Position numbers and translations under genes: made by a program. Source: Oscillospiraceae bacterium (GTDB taxonomy: Bacteria > Bacillota > Clostridia > Oscillospirales > SIG627). Taken from it: 64,000 nt of DNA. The stretch's first letter is position 1, and each line of letters begins with the position of its first letter. The DNA lies in contig SVQW01000001.1 of assembly GCA_015065085.1 (NCBI GenBank), forward strand, positions 21,750-85,749, read 5' to 3'. Below, in pieces: positions 63,195-64,000 of this stretch. A model generated the notes under the pieces. The model was given only the letters and a program-made list of their open reading frames with translations. It did not search any database and had not been told where the DNA came from.

Positions 63195-64000
63195 ATGCGT
63201 ATAACCAATGCTTCTTTAAGATACGAACGTGAAAAATTAAAATCACCCTTTGGCTTTAAAGGCGGTTTTCTGTCGGAGCTTTGGCAGGTGATTTCAAGGG
63301 TGGAATGCGGTGACGTCAGCGGCACCGGTGTAGCTGTGCAGAGTGTTTTGTGGTCGGACGGTGACATTTTCAGAATGATGAGCGAGGACGACGGAAATCT
63401 TTTGATGTATAACATCACTTCCCACGCCATACAGCTTATAAACAAAAAAGAAGGGGAGACCCCCATTGATATCATAGACGGCATTTATCCTCAGCTTCTG
63501 GAATATGCACGCAGTATTTCTCCAACGGGCGAAAAGCTGAGTGAGACCTTTGTGAGAAATGCACTTGTAAGCGTTGACAATGCTCTTTGGCAGCTTTACG
63601 GAAGATTAAACGGCACTCAGGATATTATGGAGCTTATCCCGGAAAAATATCTTTCGCCTCTCACCCAAAAGCATGAAACACTGTGTAATATTCCGCTTAT
63701 TTCCTACGGCGTAAAAAAGGAAGAAATAAAATCACTGCTTGAAAACGGCACGGTGCTTCTCAAAATTAAAATAGGCTTTGATGACGGCGGAAAAATGACT
63801 AAATCTCAGATGCTGGAGTGGGATAAAGCACGTATTCTTGAAATACATGAAATTGCGGACAGCTTCGAAACGCCTTATACAGAGTCCGGTAAAATTCTGT
63901 ATTATCTGGATGCCAACGGCGGCTACGACTCCAAGGAGCGCCTTTGTGCACTTCTTGACTTTGCCCGCGAAAACGGTATGATTGACAGAATTGTTCTTCT
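63195..64000 (+). CDS. Enolase-superfamily enzyme (MR/MLE type; racemase/epimerase or acid-sugar dehydratase), 3' end outside the window
   Basis: Not in the ORF track (no stop codon inside the window). My translation from the ATG at 63195 (GGAGG RBS) stays open to base 64000. It contains the KxK motif (LLKIKIG) and the first metal-ligand motif (YLDANGGY). Confidence 0.7.
   Translation, partial: MRITNASLRYEREKLKSPFGFKGGFLSELWQVISRVECGDVSGTGVAVQSVLWSDGDIFRMMSEDDGNLLMYNITSHAIQLINKKEGETPIDIIDGIYPQLLEYARSISPTGEKLSETFVRNALVSVDNALWQLYGRLNGTQDIMELIPEKYLSPLTQKHETLCNIPLISYGVKKEEIKSLLENGTVLLKIKIGFDDGGKMTKSQMLEWDKARILEIHEIADSFETPYTESGKILYYLDANGGYDSKERLCALLDFARENGMIDRIVL

Overview
This window looks like a low-GC Firmicutes/Clostridia-type chromosome segment. 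All calls come from reading the translated ORFs and the DNA by eye; no database search was run.

Roughly the first 40 kb is densely packed housekeeping DNA:
- soj/spo0J-type parA-parB, serS and proA
- secG and rpsF-ssb-rpsR
- a NuoE/NuoF/GltD-like flavin electron-bifurcation-type operon
- infC-rpmI-rplT behind a leader, and K+ uptake genes
- dprA-topA-trmFO, then plsX-rnc-(radical SAM)-smc-ftsY
- rdgB-yhbY-nadD-yqeK-LCP-rsfS, then hflX and yigZ

The remainder is more accessory:
- an uncharacterised 729-aa TIM-barrel-like protein
- an O2/ROS-detoxification set (desulfoferrodoxin, thioredoxin, a Crp/Fnr regulator, rubredoxin, a Bfd-like protein, and a four-module flavodiiron protein)
- a HAD plus sugar-type ABC transporter operon, and a ZIP transporter
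- at 55.4-64 kb, an unusual cluster: two AAC(3)-family N-acetyltransferase paralogues (one fused to a ~610-aa aminopeptidase-like region), a three-gene oxidoreductase operon, an AraC regulator and an enolase-superfamily enzyme

The items I consider most worth follow-up:
- the 55.4-64 kb cluster
- a 2 x 204-bp structured tandem repeat filling the gap between convergent genes at 7.3-7.8 kb
- the hydrogenase-less NuoE/NuoF/GltD-like operon
- non-canonical starts for infC and dprA

I saw no rRNA, tRNA, CRISPR array, transposase or prophage genes.
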